Origin: Lama guanicoe
Lineage: Eukaryota
Direction: 5' to 3'
NCBI GenBank assembly: GCA_013239625.1
Contig: MU057344.1
Span: forward strand, 2,048,276-2,112,275
DNA: 64,000 nt
Part shown: piece by piece, positions 35,701-54,294 of the stretch
Layout: every line of letters begins with the position of its first letter
Position numbering within the stretch: position 1 is the first letter of the stretch
Notes under the pieces: generated by a model
The model's input: only the letters and a program-made list of their open reading frames with translations
Database searches by the model: none
What the model was told of the DNA's origin: nothing
Made by a program: the position numbers and the translations under genes

Positions 35701-38700
35701 GGCTAAGGCGGGTGGCCGGCTCTGCACGCCCGAAGGCTGGTTCTCCTGCCAGGTGAGCGGGGCGCCTTCCCTGGGGCTACCCTGGCAATGGCCTGGACAG
35801 GTGGGGTAGCCCTTGTGCGTCAGCTCAGCTGGTGGGCCCCAAATGTCAGTGGTGGTGGAATCCCCCTGGGGGCTCTGGGAGGCTGCTGGGCCCCACCTGG
35901 AGCTCCTGTTCCAGCAGCTGGGGGTGGGGCCTGAGAACCTGCATTTCTGACGAGCTTCCCAGGCGATGTGGACGCAGGTACAGGGCCCTGCCCTTGAGAA
36001 CTGCTGCAGGGGCTGAGCAGGACACACTGCGCAGGAGCAGGGCCCTGACCAGGCATCAGAGGAGGCATGCATTTGTTTGGGCAGCTGAGAAGTGTTCTGC
36101 TCCCCTGGCTAAGCCTTCTGGACGAGAGAGCCCAGGGGCTGCAGGGTTGAGGCTGGACGTGGCGTTCCGGGCCCTGGTAAAGCCTGGCGCCCTGCGGGGC
36201 AGCACCAGGCAGATGCAGCCTTCTGAGGGCTGGGCCCCCTCCGGGACAAAGCTGCGGGGGCATCACTGCGCCCTGGGGGCGGGCCGCTGGCCCTCGGGGG
36301 GACAAGCAGAGGCCGACCCACCGCCCCTGCTTCCCTCCTGCTGCCCTCCCTGCTCTCCCATGTGTGCTGGGCCAGGCCTGGTCCAGCCTCCAGTGCCGCC
36401 GGCATCGGGGGCTTTGGTGAGGGCCTGGGCCGCGAGTTGTCTGTGTTTACAAGGTACCTTTCCAGGGCAGGCCCCTCCCACCTCTGGTGGCCTTCCTAGC
36501 GTCACTGAGGTCATCCAGAGCAGGGCCCAGGGGCGGGTGCGGCCTCCCTCCCCCTGACAGGCTCCTCGTGCCCCTGCCCGGCTAGTCCTTCCCCGGGTTT
36601 CGGGCCCTGACTGTCCCAGCACTGCTCCTTCCCGACTTGCTTCACGTTACCCCTTGTGACCTCTCGCTCCCGGGACTGTGACCTGAGCCCCGCAGCGTCG
36701 GGGGTACAAAGACCAGGCCTGCACCCCGACCCTGGCAGGCTCTCGGTCAGGGGCCTGTAGGCAAGTCGGCTAGGGGGCTTCGGGCAGGGGGTGCTGTGCG
36801 GGGGCAGTCTTCTGGGTGGGGTGTAGCTGGGGGCTTCAGGGAAGAGGTGACGCTTTAGAGCACCCCGGCTGTCCAGGGTCTGTGTGGGGTCACGGACGCG
36901 CCAGGAGCCTGTGGAGGAGACAGAGAGGGAGCAGGTCATTCACAGCCCTCGCTGGTTGTGGGCCTCTGTTTCCCGCAGGGTGTGTGTGGTGGTGGCGTGG
37001 GAGGCTGCAGGTGTGGGAGGCGTGCAGTGAGGAGGCTGGCGTCCCCGACGGTGGGAGGACCGACTTGTCCCCACTGCAGAGCCTCACACTGGGGTGACGA
37101 GGGGACGGGGGTGCCATTCCATGGCAGATTCCTACTTGCCTGAACACAGACTGTTTCTCGGGCCTGAGCCCTGACTAGGCACCCAGTCGTGGGGGCGAGT
37201 GTGGGAGATGCTGCCCTGCCCTGTGGACATGACCTTCCTCTTTTGGCCCAGGGCCCCTTTGACGTGGACGACTGTGCCTCCAGACACTCCATCAACCCCT
37301 ACAGCAACAGGGAGAGCCGGGTCCTCTTCAGCACCTGGAACCTGGACCACATGTGAGTGTGCGGTGCACCGGCCGCCAGTGCGCGTGCCCCGTGGCCCTG
37401 GCGCCTCGTATCCCCTGCGCCCAGCTCGGGCGGTGGACTGCCCGGTGTTGGGGGCGTGCGGCGTGGAAGGGGCTGCGGGCGCCTGCTGTGCTTCCAGGCC
37501 TAGCCTGTGTGGGGCGTCCCTCAGCGCGGCGGCCTCTGACCCCCGCCCACCCCTGTGGGACCCTGAGCTCCCCTCCCACCGCCAGCTCCCGTCCATGGTG
37601 AGGTGCGGGGCGTTTCCTGCTTCACACAGGGTGAGCAGGTCCGGGCTGTGAGTGTGTCCTCGCTCATTCCGGAAAACGGGCGGAAGTGGAAATGTTGTTG
37701 TAACTGAGACGCTTTCCTCGAACACGCAGCTGAGCCTTGAGCAGCGGGGGTTTGGAGTGCGCGGGTCGCTCCTACGCGGCTTCTGCAGCAGTGCGTGCTA
37801 GGTGGAGGGCTGCACAGTGTGCGTTGGTCAAATCCGTGGATATGGAAGTGAGATACAGAGGAACCCGTGCACAGACATCCGCCTCTAGAATTACTCACGG
37901 ACCTCTGCCTGCGTGGGTGCTGGCTCCCAACCTGCCCCCTCTGCCCTTGCGCGCGTCGCCGGGTTGCTCTCGAGCGGCCCCGGCCACGCGCTCGCTGGCT
38001 GTGTGAGCGCACGCGCCCTGCGCTTTGTCGCCGCTTGGTATCAGCATGCGTCTCTCCATTGTCCCTGTGATGGTGAGAAACGGATTCTCCGGTCCGGTGG
38101 CCTGACGGAGGCTGAGTGTCTCCTTGCATGTTTGTGTTCTGTGAAGAGGCTGTTGCTTCCTCTGCTCATTTTTTATAGGGCTTCGGTCTTACTAACTTGT
38201 AGGACTGCTTTACACGTCCTGGATGCTAGTTCTTTGGTGGGTTTTTGTGATACAGGTGTTTTTTTCCACTGTTCACGCTTGTCTCCCAGTTCTGTGCTGA
38301 TTTTGATCGTGCCAGGTTTGAATTCCAGCGCGCTGAGATGTGTCTCCTCCTTTCTGTGTGGCAGTGCGTCCGGAGCCATCCTGCCCTCAGCGGGGTCCCC
38401 GGGGGCTTCGGGGCGTCCCCTCCGGCCGCGGGCTGTGACCAGTCCTCCTGCCAGGACCACTTTCCTCCCTCCAGGACCGCCTCTGCCTCCTCCTTCACTT
38501 CGTTCATTTTGCTTTTACTTTTCATCCCTTCTGTCCACTGTTTCAGGCTTCTTCTTGCTGCTCCTTGAATTTGCACCTCTTTCGTGGGCTAATGTGTTCA
38601 TTCCAGGTCTGCTTCTAGCTGCTTCCCGCGAGTGTGGCCATTTTATTGTTCAGGCCTAAGGAGCCTGTCATTTCCATCGTGATGAGCTGGTTAGAAGTGG

Positions 38701-41700
38701 CTGAGCTTCCGAGCACACGTGCGTTTGTTTTCAGTGGCCTCATGTCCCCGATTTCCGCTCCTGGTGGCCTGCTCCCCTTCGTGACCCTTTGCACCTCGTC
38801 TTAGCCTGGAGGTGGCGGCCTGGTGTGTGCACGTGGCTGGATCCCCCGCGACTGGGCTGGAGCTGGTCTGGTGGCTCTCAGCCCCTTTCCTGTGACCTCG
38901 GTGTGTCAGGACGTTTGGACTGAGTGTCCTGTGGGTCGTGTCAGCTTTTGTTCTCTCAGGGCCTGGGAGGGTCCGACACGAGCTGGAGCCCCTGGCTGCA
39001 CTGGGGCCGCCGCCCGCCCCACGAGGTCGGGAATGGACAGGCTGGTGGCGGCCCTCCCGGTGTTGGGACAGCATCTGGACACCAGGCCGCTCAGTCGGTG
39101 TTTGTCGAGTAAATAGTCAGTGTATCTGGACTTATTTTAAGCACTGTATTCTGTTCTGTTTTTTAAATTAATTTTATTTCATTATTTTTAATGGAGGGAC
39201 CGGGGACTGAACCCAGGACCTGGTGCGTGCCAAGCGCACGCTCCACCACCGAGCTGCACCCTCCCCCTTAACCACTGTCTGCCCGGTTTCCTGGTCACCG
39301 TCCTGCTCCCTGCTGGCCTCCTTGGTGCTCTCTGTGGGTTTAGCTGCATTTTCTTTCCCCCCCGAGCCCATCACCCCACCTTCCTTTGTTCGGGAATTAG
39401 ATGTTTGCTGTGTCCTTTGGAGGGGCCCTGGAGAGCCAAGCACATCGGGAGCAGAATCGCGTCCTCCTCGCCCCCAGGCCCCCTGGGGTCATGCTAACAT
39501 CACACCCCGCTGCCCGTGAGCGCTGTGCAGAGTGCTGGCTTGCCTGGTGGTCACGGTTTCTGTGTTTGCACGGCGCTCAGGTCCACTCCCTGTTGACGCC
39601 GAGTGTCCCCGAGGGCTTCCTTCACAAGGGTCTGGGGGCTGGCGCCGCTCAGTCGTAGAGAGGCCCCGAGTGCTGGCTGAGGTGACATGAGTTTCAGGCT
39701 GGCAGCCACCTGGCCAGCAGGTCTTTGAAGCCCAGACGCCGCCGTCTTGTGGTGTCTGTTCCTGACAAGGCTGCTGTCACGATGTTCCCTTCCTGCCTTT
39801 TCTGTGGCTGTGTTAGATTTTCCTCTTTCTTTCTGAAAATGACATGCATCTAGCTTAGATCTTTAGTTCAGATCCTGAGTGAGACTTGTCTCCTTTGTTC
39901 TGAAGACGATTTTCTCGTTTGGGCGACCTGGTCAGCGTCGGGCAGGGCTGCCCTGACTCTCTGGCCGCACTCGGCACCTGCTCCGTGCGCAGTGCCTGCT
40001 TCTGCGTGTTCCCAGCTCTGCGCCTCGCCCCAGGCCTTCCTGCCATGGACCGAGCTGTGTCCTCTGCGTTCATCTGCCGAAGCCCTAATCCCAGGCGACT
40101 GTACTGGGGACAGGACCTTCCGGAGGTGGCCAAGGCTACATGAGGCCCTGACCTGTCGAGGCTGTGGTCTTACTAGGGGAGCGGAGTCCCTCTGCCGCGT
40201 GAGGACACGGCGAGGACGCAGCCATCTGCTGGCTAGGAGGGGATCTCATCAGAGCCCGGCCGCGTGAGCGCCCTGCCCTCCGACTCCAGCCCCCAGAGCT
40301 GAGAGGGGGTGAGTTCCCGTTGTTTAACCCTCCCGCCCGTGCTGCATCGTCTGCCTCAGAGCCGACTGATGCACGCCCCGTACATTGAGCGCCCGAATGC
40401 CCGCAGCAGCTCAGGCCCTAGTCGGCCCCCCAGTACACACTCCCTTTCTGGAAGTGCTTGGGGTCATTTAAAAAACAAAGCAAGCCTTTTCATACTAGTC
40501 TGCTTTCATTATTTTTATTTCTTTTAAACCACTATGATCATTTATTTCAAGCATGTTTATTTTATGGTTGTGTAGTAAAGAACTTAACTGTGCCCAAAGA
40601 CAGGTCTGGCCTTTGCCCCCGACCCTGGAGGTCAGCTCTGAGCCCTTGGAGTGTCCTGTCTGCTAGGGGCTTCGTTTGCCTGGGCGGCCGGGGTCACTGG
40701 ACAGTCTAACAGTGTGAAGAGGGTAGGGGCTTTGGGTCACATGGTTTCAGCTCGTCCTGGGCGGGGGCGCTGGGGGTGAGGTCAGCTGTGTGGGTGGTCA
40801 ACTCTGCTCACGTGACAAGAGCCCCAGTAGAGACTCTGGACACCGGGGCTCGGGGAGCGTCCCTGTCTGCTGACTCGTGTGTGTGTTGTCACCACCACTG
40901 CCGGGAGCAGTGTCCCTGCCTCCCTGGGGCTTTCTGGACTCTGCCCTGTGCATCCCTAATCTCGGGTGATTTTAATTTGCATCCTTTTGTGGTCATAGAC
41001 CGTAACTGTAAGTGTGACGGCCCTCAGGGGCGTCTGAGTCCTCTCAGCACACCAGCGAGCCTGTGGGCGGTCTCGGGCCCGAGCGCTGCGGTCAGCGGCA
41101 GAGGGGGTTCTGTGTGAACCCCACTAGCCGGGGGGCCCAGGGCACTGCTGTCGACTGCCCCTCTTGCCTGTTGGCAGTGGGTCGCGTTCCGCGTGGTTTG
41201 TGTGTCTGGATGGTGAGCTTGTCCTCGGTGGGCGCTGTTTCCTGTGGGCAGCCTTCGTGAGCTGGCTTGTCCCCGTGCCCCTCCGAGTGGCTCTGCGCTA
41301 GTTCCCACAGACACCCGGCTTCCAGTGGTTCTCTAACAGCCACGGGTGGCTCTTGCCTGTGGTTCCCATTCTGCTGGGCAGCGTGACGTTGGATGTGTGC
41401 CTGCGTAAGAGGTTCTGCAGGTCCTGGTTTTCTGCGATGTTGGGGGACGGTTACATGAAGGGGGCCCCTGCCCGGCACCTCCCGGTATCTTTACCTTGTG
41501 CCCCCAGCCCTCCCCCTGCATCCGGCTTGGCCACGTGACTCCAGCAGACAGGAAGCTGGGAGGCCTGGTCCCTGCCTGCACGTGGGGTGTGTCCCCTCTG
41601 CGCGCCACCATCGCCACGCCAGGGCCCTGACCCCCTTGGGGTGAAGGGCTGGCTCCCCCTGCCAACGCCCCAGCAGAGCTCAGCCACGTGAGTGGGCCGG

Positions 41701-43013
41701 GCCAACCCGCAGCAACCACTGCGTTTTAGGGGGCTGGTTATGGACATGGTGGCTTTTCCGTCCTCCTCCCCAAGCCCAGGACACCCCCTCAGCCTCTCTG
41801 TTCCTCCTTTAACGGCTGGAGCGGGGGTCTCGCGCCCTCCTCTCCTGGCTCTTGAGGGCCTCTTGGGCCTCTGCCGAGACGGAGACCCTGGCGAGCTGCT
41901 GGGTGCGGCCCCGCCCTGTGTCTGGCACAGGAGAGCCCTCTTCTTTTTCTTGACCTCAGATGTTTACTCATTTCTAGTTCGGCATTTCCCGGCGACGCGG
42001 GGACAGCGATCTACGTGCCAGTCTGGTCCCCGTGCTGCCCCAGCCCTCCTCGCCATGGCGTGTCCGAGTCCGTCCCATCAGGGTGCCACCTTTGACTCTT
42101 GTTCCTGGGAGGTCTTTTGAGTTGTTGTTTGTAAGTGAAACAGGCTTACACAGGCGGTGCTGTACCTGCTTCACTTGTCATAAAAGTACCCGTTGAGGCT
42201 TGGAAAGACAAAGTCGGACCCTTAGCCATCGTCGTCTCCGGGGAGGGAAGGCAGGAGTGAGATGGAAGGCTGTAGTCAGAGGTGACTTCAGCTTTACTTG
42301 TAAGTTTGCATTTAAAACATGTTCGTATATTGTCGTGTGATCTTTTGGTACCTCCGCACATAGATAAGTGTGGAACCAAGGAAGCCAAATAGTTGTTGAT
42401 AAATATGATGATTTTTTCCCTGTGTGCTTCTCAGTGTCGTAAAAACTACGCAGCTGTCTACTTTTCCAACGTGAGACGGGCCGGGGGCCTGCATGGGGCT
42501 CTGCCAGGCCAGCTGGCCCGGCGGGTGCGGCTGTGTGCAGGGATGGCGTGTCCACCAGCTCGTGCAGGAGTGTCCCCCTGTGCTCGTCTGGTGACAGCTG
42601 GATGGTCCTGCTCTGGCTGGGATGGTCCCTGAGCGGTCCCTCTTAACCCTTCCCCACCTGCCTTTCCTGGAAGCGGCCAAACCGTTTGTGTCTCCGTGAG
42701 CACGCTGCACAGAAACCACATCTGACCATCTCCAAGGTTAGCAGAGAACCAGCCTGACATCTCTGGCCTTCCCCGCAGAATAGAGAAGAGGCGCACGGTG
42801 GTGCCCACGCTGGCCGCGGCTGTCCGGGGCGCGCAGGGCCGCGAGGTGGACTGGGAGTACTTCTACGGCCTGCTCTTCACCTCCGAGAACCTCAAGTTGG
42901 TGCACATCGCCTGCCACAAGAAGACCACCCACCACCTCCGCTGCGACCCCAGCAGGCTCTACCGAGCCCGGGCGGCGCCGAGGAGGAAGCGGCCGGCCCG
43001 CAAGCGCCCGTGA
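29669..43013 (+). CDS. DFFB: DNA fragmentation factor subunit beta (CAD/DFF40), spliced CDS of 7 exons, 1026 nt, 341 aa
   Basis: N-terminal CIDE-N domain (FKLRALHSQKKFGVAGKSCEEVLRKGC..RLCLYEDGSEL). Nuclease core WFSCQGPFD..C..HSINPY..FSTWNLDHIIEK..LKLVHIACHKK with Zn and catalytic Cys/His residues intact. Basic C-terminus PRRKRPARKRP. Confidence 0.97.
29777..30040 (+). repeat. 48-bp G-rich minisatellite, 5 full copies, at the DFFB exon 1/intron 1 junction
   Basis: Unit GYGCCCCGCGGGRCCGGGGGCTGGGGAACTGGGGGCCTYCRCTTGCAG starting at 29792, 29840, 29888, 29936 and 29984. Confidence 0.97.
30335..30445 (+). mobile_element. MIR fragment
   Basis: catttcacagatgaggaaactgagg...atttaaacccaggactggctga. 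Confidence 0.7.
31647..31773 (+). CDS. DFFB: DFFB exon 2 (127 nt)
   Basis: LPVPGSRLCLYEDGSELT...AGQTWQG; ccgcag / gtaagt. Confidence 0.95.
33533..33721 (+). CDS. DFFB: DFFB exon 3 (189 nt)
   Basis: YVSDISRFLSVF...ETRAEDPPWFE; tggcag / gtgcgt. Confidence 0.95.
33885..34275 (-). mobile_element. L1 3'-end fragment (L1MB-like), antisense to DFFB
   Basis: ggcattaaatatatttacatcgttgtgcgaccatccccaccatcc..cagaactttctcacc..ctgaaactctgtccc; ttctcaggctgagtgatattccattg. Confidence 0.8.
34529..34608 (+). CDS. DFFB: DFFB exon 4 (80 nt)
   Basis: GLEARFRNKSGYLRYSCESRIRSYLRE; cggcag / gtgggt. Confidence 0.95.
35582..35752 (+). CDS. DFFB: DFFB exon 5 (171 nt)
   Basis: VTSCATLVG...YHGSYFDRGAK..RLCTPEGWFSCQ; ttccag / gtgagc. 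Confidence 0.95.
37252..37352 (+). CDS. DFFB: DFFB exon 6 (101 nt)
   Basis: GPFDVDDCASRHSINPYSNRESRVLFSTWNLDH; gcccag / gtgagt. Confidence 0.96.
38030..38340 (-). mobile_element. Old L1M fragment
   Basis: ttctgtgaagaggctgtt..ctctgctcatttttt..ttgtaggactgctttacacgtcctggatgctagttctttg. Confidence 0.65.
39158..39267 (-). mobile_element. tRNA-derived SINE (Vic-1-like)
   Basis: T-rich tail, ggggactgaacccaggacct...gagctgcaccctcccc; degenerate TSD ttaa(g/c)cactgt. Confidence 0.82.
40570..41085 (+). mobile_element. MER21C-like LTR
   Basis: TGtagtaaagaacttaactgtgcccaaagacaggtctggcctttgccc...gagcccttggagtgtcctg...ctgccctgtgcatc..tgattttaatttgcatcctttt. Confidence 0.75.
42779..43013 (+). CDS. DFFB: DFFB exon 7 coding part (235 nt)
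   Basis: IEKRRTVVPTL...VDWEYFYGLLFTSENLKLVHIACHKKTTH...RKRP*; ccgcag acceptor, TGA 43011-43013. Confidence 0.96.
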
Positions 43014-43836
43014 CATGGACTTGTCAGCGGTGCCAGCCGCCACTCCTGGGAAGAGCTTGAAGAGCCTGCCCTGCGGACCCTGGCTTCCAGCGCGTTCCTG
43101 AAGCTGCTTCCCGACCTCTGCGAGCTCAGCTGCCGAGGACGAGTCTGGACGCTCCCGGGAGGCGCGGGGTCGGGCGCGGCCCGCTCCCGCCTCCCTGATC
43201 GGCGCCCCAGCCTGCCCGGCCCCTCGGGCTCAGGGAACCTGCTGTTTGGGCTTCAGCTCCGCTGTGTCTCTGCTCCCAGGGAGATGATGCTCCATCCTCT
43301 GGACTCTTCTAGGTGCTGGGGAGAGTTGTGACCCTTTTGGGGTAAGATGCAAGGACAGTCACTGCTGCGCTGTCACCGCAGAAAGTGGGAGCCCTCCAGG
43401 TGTGTGTCCGCAGGGGACCGCCGGACCAAAGGCAGTTGTGTCTTTGTGGGTCAGAAGTGGTCAGATACTACTTCATGTTCAGCCTTACACGTCTGCGTCC
43501 TGCAGAATCACGTGGCAGCTTCAGGCGTTTATGTGAGAAACGGGAAGCTGGCTGTCAGGTGGCACGAGGCCGTGCCCAGTGTGACCCCAGTGTCTGTCAC
43601 TCCACGTGCTGGTTGTGCGAAGCCCGTCACAAACGGACGCACCGCCTGTGCACAGCAGGGGTCCCGGGGGGCGGGGGGCGCGACTGGCTCAGGAAGGACT
43701 AATGCTCTAAATCACACATTTTATAGTACTGGAAGTTTTTGAAACGAGCATCTATTTCATGTTTTTAAAACTTACTTTTTTAAAGTTACGTTTTGTAGTA
43801 TTTTACTTTTTATACTTACTGTAAAATCACAAAAGC

Positions 43837-43842
43837 AATAAA
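43837..43842 (+). terminator. Probable DFFB polyadenylation signal
   Basis: First AATAAA seen downstream of the DFFB stop, about 820 nt after it, preceded by a U-rich stretch. Confidence 0.65.
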
Positions 43843-46784
43843 GATTTTTAAAAAATAGACGTATCTGAGAAGTTTGCACCCGTGGGGAATGACGAAGAAA
43901 GAAAAGACGGGGTCCGTGGCTTTTAAAAATGTGACCCAAACTGTTCTGTTATCTTCACTGAAATACGGACACACTTTAGAAGGTGCCGGTTCTGTGCAGA
44001 ATTTGAGAAGTCCTGCCTCAGGTCCCTTCTGTGTGACAGGGATGTGAACCTGACCCCACAGCCTTCAGGGAATGGCTGGCCCCTCTCTGCGGCCGATGCG
44101 CCTCTGACAGCCTCCTTGCAGTTCTGAGGGCAGCTCAGCAGGGCTGGTACCAGGACCCTCCCCACCTCCACGCGGGGCTCCTGCCCGGCCCTCAGGGCCC
44201 CTCGGGAGCTGATCTGTTAGGACTCTGGCCGCCCCTCCAGCGCCATCGGCTCCTGCACTGCGTCCCTCCCCACCCTTCTCACCTGCGGTGGGCGCGAGGC
44301 CCCGAGCTTGGGTGCTGGGGATCATTATGGATGGGAGGGGCCACCAGTCACGAGTTGCATCACCCAAACCCTCAGACCCCCAGGGGAGAGCAGGCAGCCG
44401 AACCTCTCTGCAAAATATGGGTTTATGGTCTGGTCTGTCCATTTTCAACAGCAGGGAAGAAGAATCTAGGCGCTGGGAGGGGAGGGTCTGGGACGTCTGT
44501 GGGTGTGGGATGGAGAAGGGGTCCTCCACTGCTGGGAGGCCCCGGTGCCCGGAACGGGCTTCCTAGGAGCAGCTGGTGGGGAACCTTCCGAGGCCTCCAC
44601 ATGCTGTGTGCTGGGCTCGCTCAGCCTGCAAGGCTGTGGTGGTCAGCACTCCTGTAGTCTTGGCCTTGCGGGTCAGAAGGAAGGCAGCTTGCGGTCAGCC
44701 CCTACTGGGAGCAGGGAGCAGAAAAGGATGTGACGGGGAGGGCGGGCAGAGGCCCCTCCAGCGGACAGTGGCTCGAGGAGGGAGCCAGGGGCCAGATGAG
44801 GCGCCGTGGTCCCGAGAGGCCACTGTGGCTGAGGGTGTGAGCAAGAGGATGGGCTGGGTTGAGGGGGACCCAGACCCTGCTGCCAGCTGAGGCCAGGGAA
44901 GGGGTGGGTTTCAATCCCAAACACTCTGGGAAGACTGAAGAGATTTAGGGAGGGGCTGACCAACACTTAACCTGCCCACTGCAAAGAGAGCCTGTCTTCA
45001 GACTGCCCGGACCCCTGGGGACCTCTGCGCCTTGGACGCCCGTGGGGAGGTGTCTGCCCGCCCAGGGCCCTGGGCTTTGAGCAGCAGTGACCTGGGCGGG
45101 GAGCCGGCTGACACCCGAGGAAGCAGGAAGGCAGGCCCGCCGTGCGCTGAGTCAGGAACATGCAGGCCCTCCCGGGGGCTGACTCTTGGCAGCCTGGGCC
45201 TGCTGGGAGGCCCTTCTCCCCCCCACCCCGTGCTGCAGGCTCAGGCGAGGATGGAGCCAGCAGGGGGCGGGCGTCCCAGGCCTGGAGTTCAGGCGTCGCA
45301 TTTTGGTAGGAATGCAACCAGGCACCTCTTCTGCAGGTGAGCCGCTTCAGGACGATGCCTCTCCGGGGGGGGGGGGGGGGTGGAGGGGGGACAGCATCTC
45401 CAGACCCGAGGCCTCTCGACCCACTCTTCTGAGCGCAGGATTCAGTCATTCCCGCAGAACCCCCGGCTGTAAACTATTCTCCCTGGCTGCCATAGAAATG
45501 CTTTACCAGCAACTGTCAAATTACTAAACAGCTTGTGGATCAACACGTCCCGAAGTCACGCAGAGCAGGGGAAGGGCACAGCGGCTGGTGGGACAAGGGT
45601 CATGTCGGAGTGAAGTGGCTGTGGGGAAAGGTGCCTCCAGGTGGGCACCGTGGCTGGGTCACGGAGAGCGGGACACTTCACAGGGCACTTCATTTTGCCC
45701 CCAGATGATGTTAGGTAAGACATTTCTGTGGGTCACAGGACACTGTAGGGGGTGAGCCTAGCTGCTGTCGTAACTAAACCAGAAACGTTTAGCTCAAACC
45801 CAGTAAGACTGCTGCTCACTCGTCAAAAGCCAGCACAGGCCTCCCGAGGTGCAGGCAGGTTTTCACCCTGTGCATCGCCTGGGGATCCAGGCTCCCTCCG
45901 GGATGACCGCCTAGTACCCAGCCTTCGTGTCCTCTGCCAGCAGCTGGTGACAGGAGGCAGCAGGCCACCATCCCTCCCCACAGCCCCCTGGTGAGAATGC
46001 GTCACAAGGGGCTCCTGGACACAACAGTGGCTGGAAGCGTCTCCGGCAGGGCAGCTGCGCCTGGCAACCCCGCACCCCGGCGCAGGGCACAGCCTCACTG
46101 GACGGCTGGCTTCCCTGCCATCCGGGAAGAGGGATGTGCGAACACCTGCCATCTGAGACCCCATGCTGGACACACGAGGAGGGGTGTGGCCCTTCCAGCC
46201 CACGCTCTGAGGGCTGTGCTCGGCCCTCACCTCTCCGCTGGGCGGTGGGTGCACGGGCTGAGCCAGCCTTATGAGTGTCAGACGAGACAGGATTTGTTTT
46301 TGGCACTTGGCTCCCAAACATTTTAGGAAGGAATACAACGCTAAGGAGATAAACTTCTTCGAAAACATTTTCAAAATATAGTTTCTTTCTTTTCCATATG
46401 TATTTTGCTGAATTTCCCAGGTGAACACAAGCTCCGCATACAGTAATAAAGGAGAGCTCTTTGAGAACCGCACTGATCAGTCAGGAGACTGATCAAATTT
46501 TGATTATGGAAAATAAACCTGCATATTATCAAAACTAAAGAGCGCCAGTGGGGTTTTCTTTACAAGACGTCTCTCAGGAGAGGGGGTGGCTCAAACCACC
46601 ACCGCGTGTGCAGACGGAGAGAACACATCCCGCGGAAACAGCAGCTTTACAGGCGAGGGCCCTTCAGTTCGGGGTCTCCCCACGGCTGGTGGCGGGGTCG
46701 GCCGCTCTGACCCAGTGCGCTCCCGAGGGGACACCACGCGGCTGGACCAGGGCTGCGCCAGCCGCGCGCACGTGCGCGGGGACT

Positions 46785-53142
<6,358 letters not shown>

Positions 53143-53347
53143 GAGTGTGAGCGGCGAACTGCCGCCCCCAACGCCGCCGCCAAAGCCCCGCGCCCGGCCT
53201 AACGCTTTCCAGCGGAGCAGTGAACCGGCGGCCCTCGGCTCGCGGCGCGGCGTCTTACGTCATCAGAGGGCTGGCCAATCACAACCCGGCGTCTCCAGGC
53301 ATGTGATCCAACAAAGTCGGCGTTTTACGTAGCGGACGGGGCGACGA

Positions 53348-53488
53348 CCATGTTTGTGAGGGGCACCTCCCGTGGGGCTCTGCGGCCGCCACGGTTAGGC
53401 CGGCGGCGGCCATGTTTGTGAGGGGCACCTCCCGTGGGGCTCTGCGGCCGCCACGGTTAGGCCGGGCGGTGGCCATGTTTGTGAGGGG
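53348..53488 (+). repeat. 62/63-bp tandem repeat, about 2.3 copies
   Basis: CCATGTTTGTGAGGGG starts at 53348, 53410 and 53473; the first two units are nearly identical. Confidence 0.95.
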
Positions 53489-54294
53489 CCCCGGCCACGT
53501 TCGTGGCGGAGGGCGGGAAGGGCCTGCGCGGTGGTCCGGTGCGCGCTGACCCGGCAGGCGACTGGCTTGCGGGAGGGACCTCCGGGCTTCGCGAACAGCG
53601 GTGCTGGAGGCCCTGGAGACGGGCGCGTGGCCGCGCTGCCCTTCGCGAAGCCCCGCGGCCCTGGCTCTCAGGCCGGTGCGGCAGCGCCACGCGGACGAGC
53701 ATGAGGCCCGCCCGGTGGGTTCCCTGCGCTCCCCCGGGTCTGGGCCTCAACCCTTTCGGGCTGGGGGACACCCGCCCTCCGCGCCCGCAGAGACCCCTCC
53801 CCGGGAACCGCCCACCCGTCTCATTAGCCACGCGGGGACCGCACTTCTTTCACAAATGGAAGGCAGTGCTGTTTCCTTTTGTTACTACCGTTTTTTTTTT
53901 AAACAGGTGTGAACATTTGTTTCAGGCAGTTGTGCCAGAAACAATGATTTTTCCTGTTAAACTGCAAAGGCTGCAGTGAGTACCGCTGGAGGGTCCCTCT
54001 GCGCGTGGTTCCCCAGCGGAAGCGTGGTTCCCTGAGTCCATTTCTCTTCCAGAGGCTTTCATGGTCTTTGCTCTGAAGGAGTGACTCCCTCAAAGCCTGG
54101 AAGTACAGCCTCTGTTCAGCGCGTAAAGAATGAGGGCCCTTCAGGATCACAGGGTGCTCTGCAGCGGGTCCTCTCTTTAGAAATGCCTCCTTAGGCTGTT
54201 AGGGGGAGCCCGTTCACTGAGGGGGGCAGTGCGTGGAGACAGGTGCGGTTTGGTGTGCACACGGGCCCTTCCATGCGCACAGAGCACACTCACG

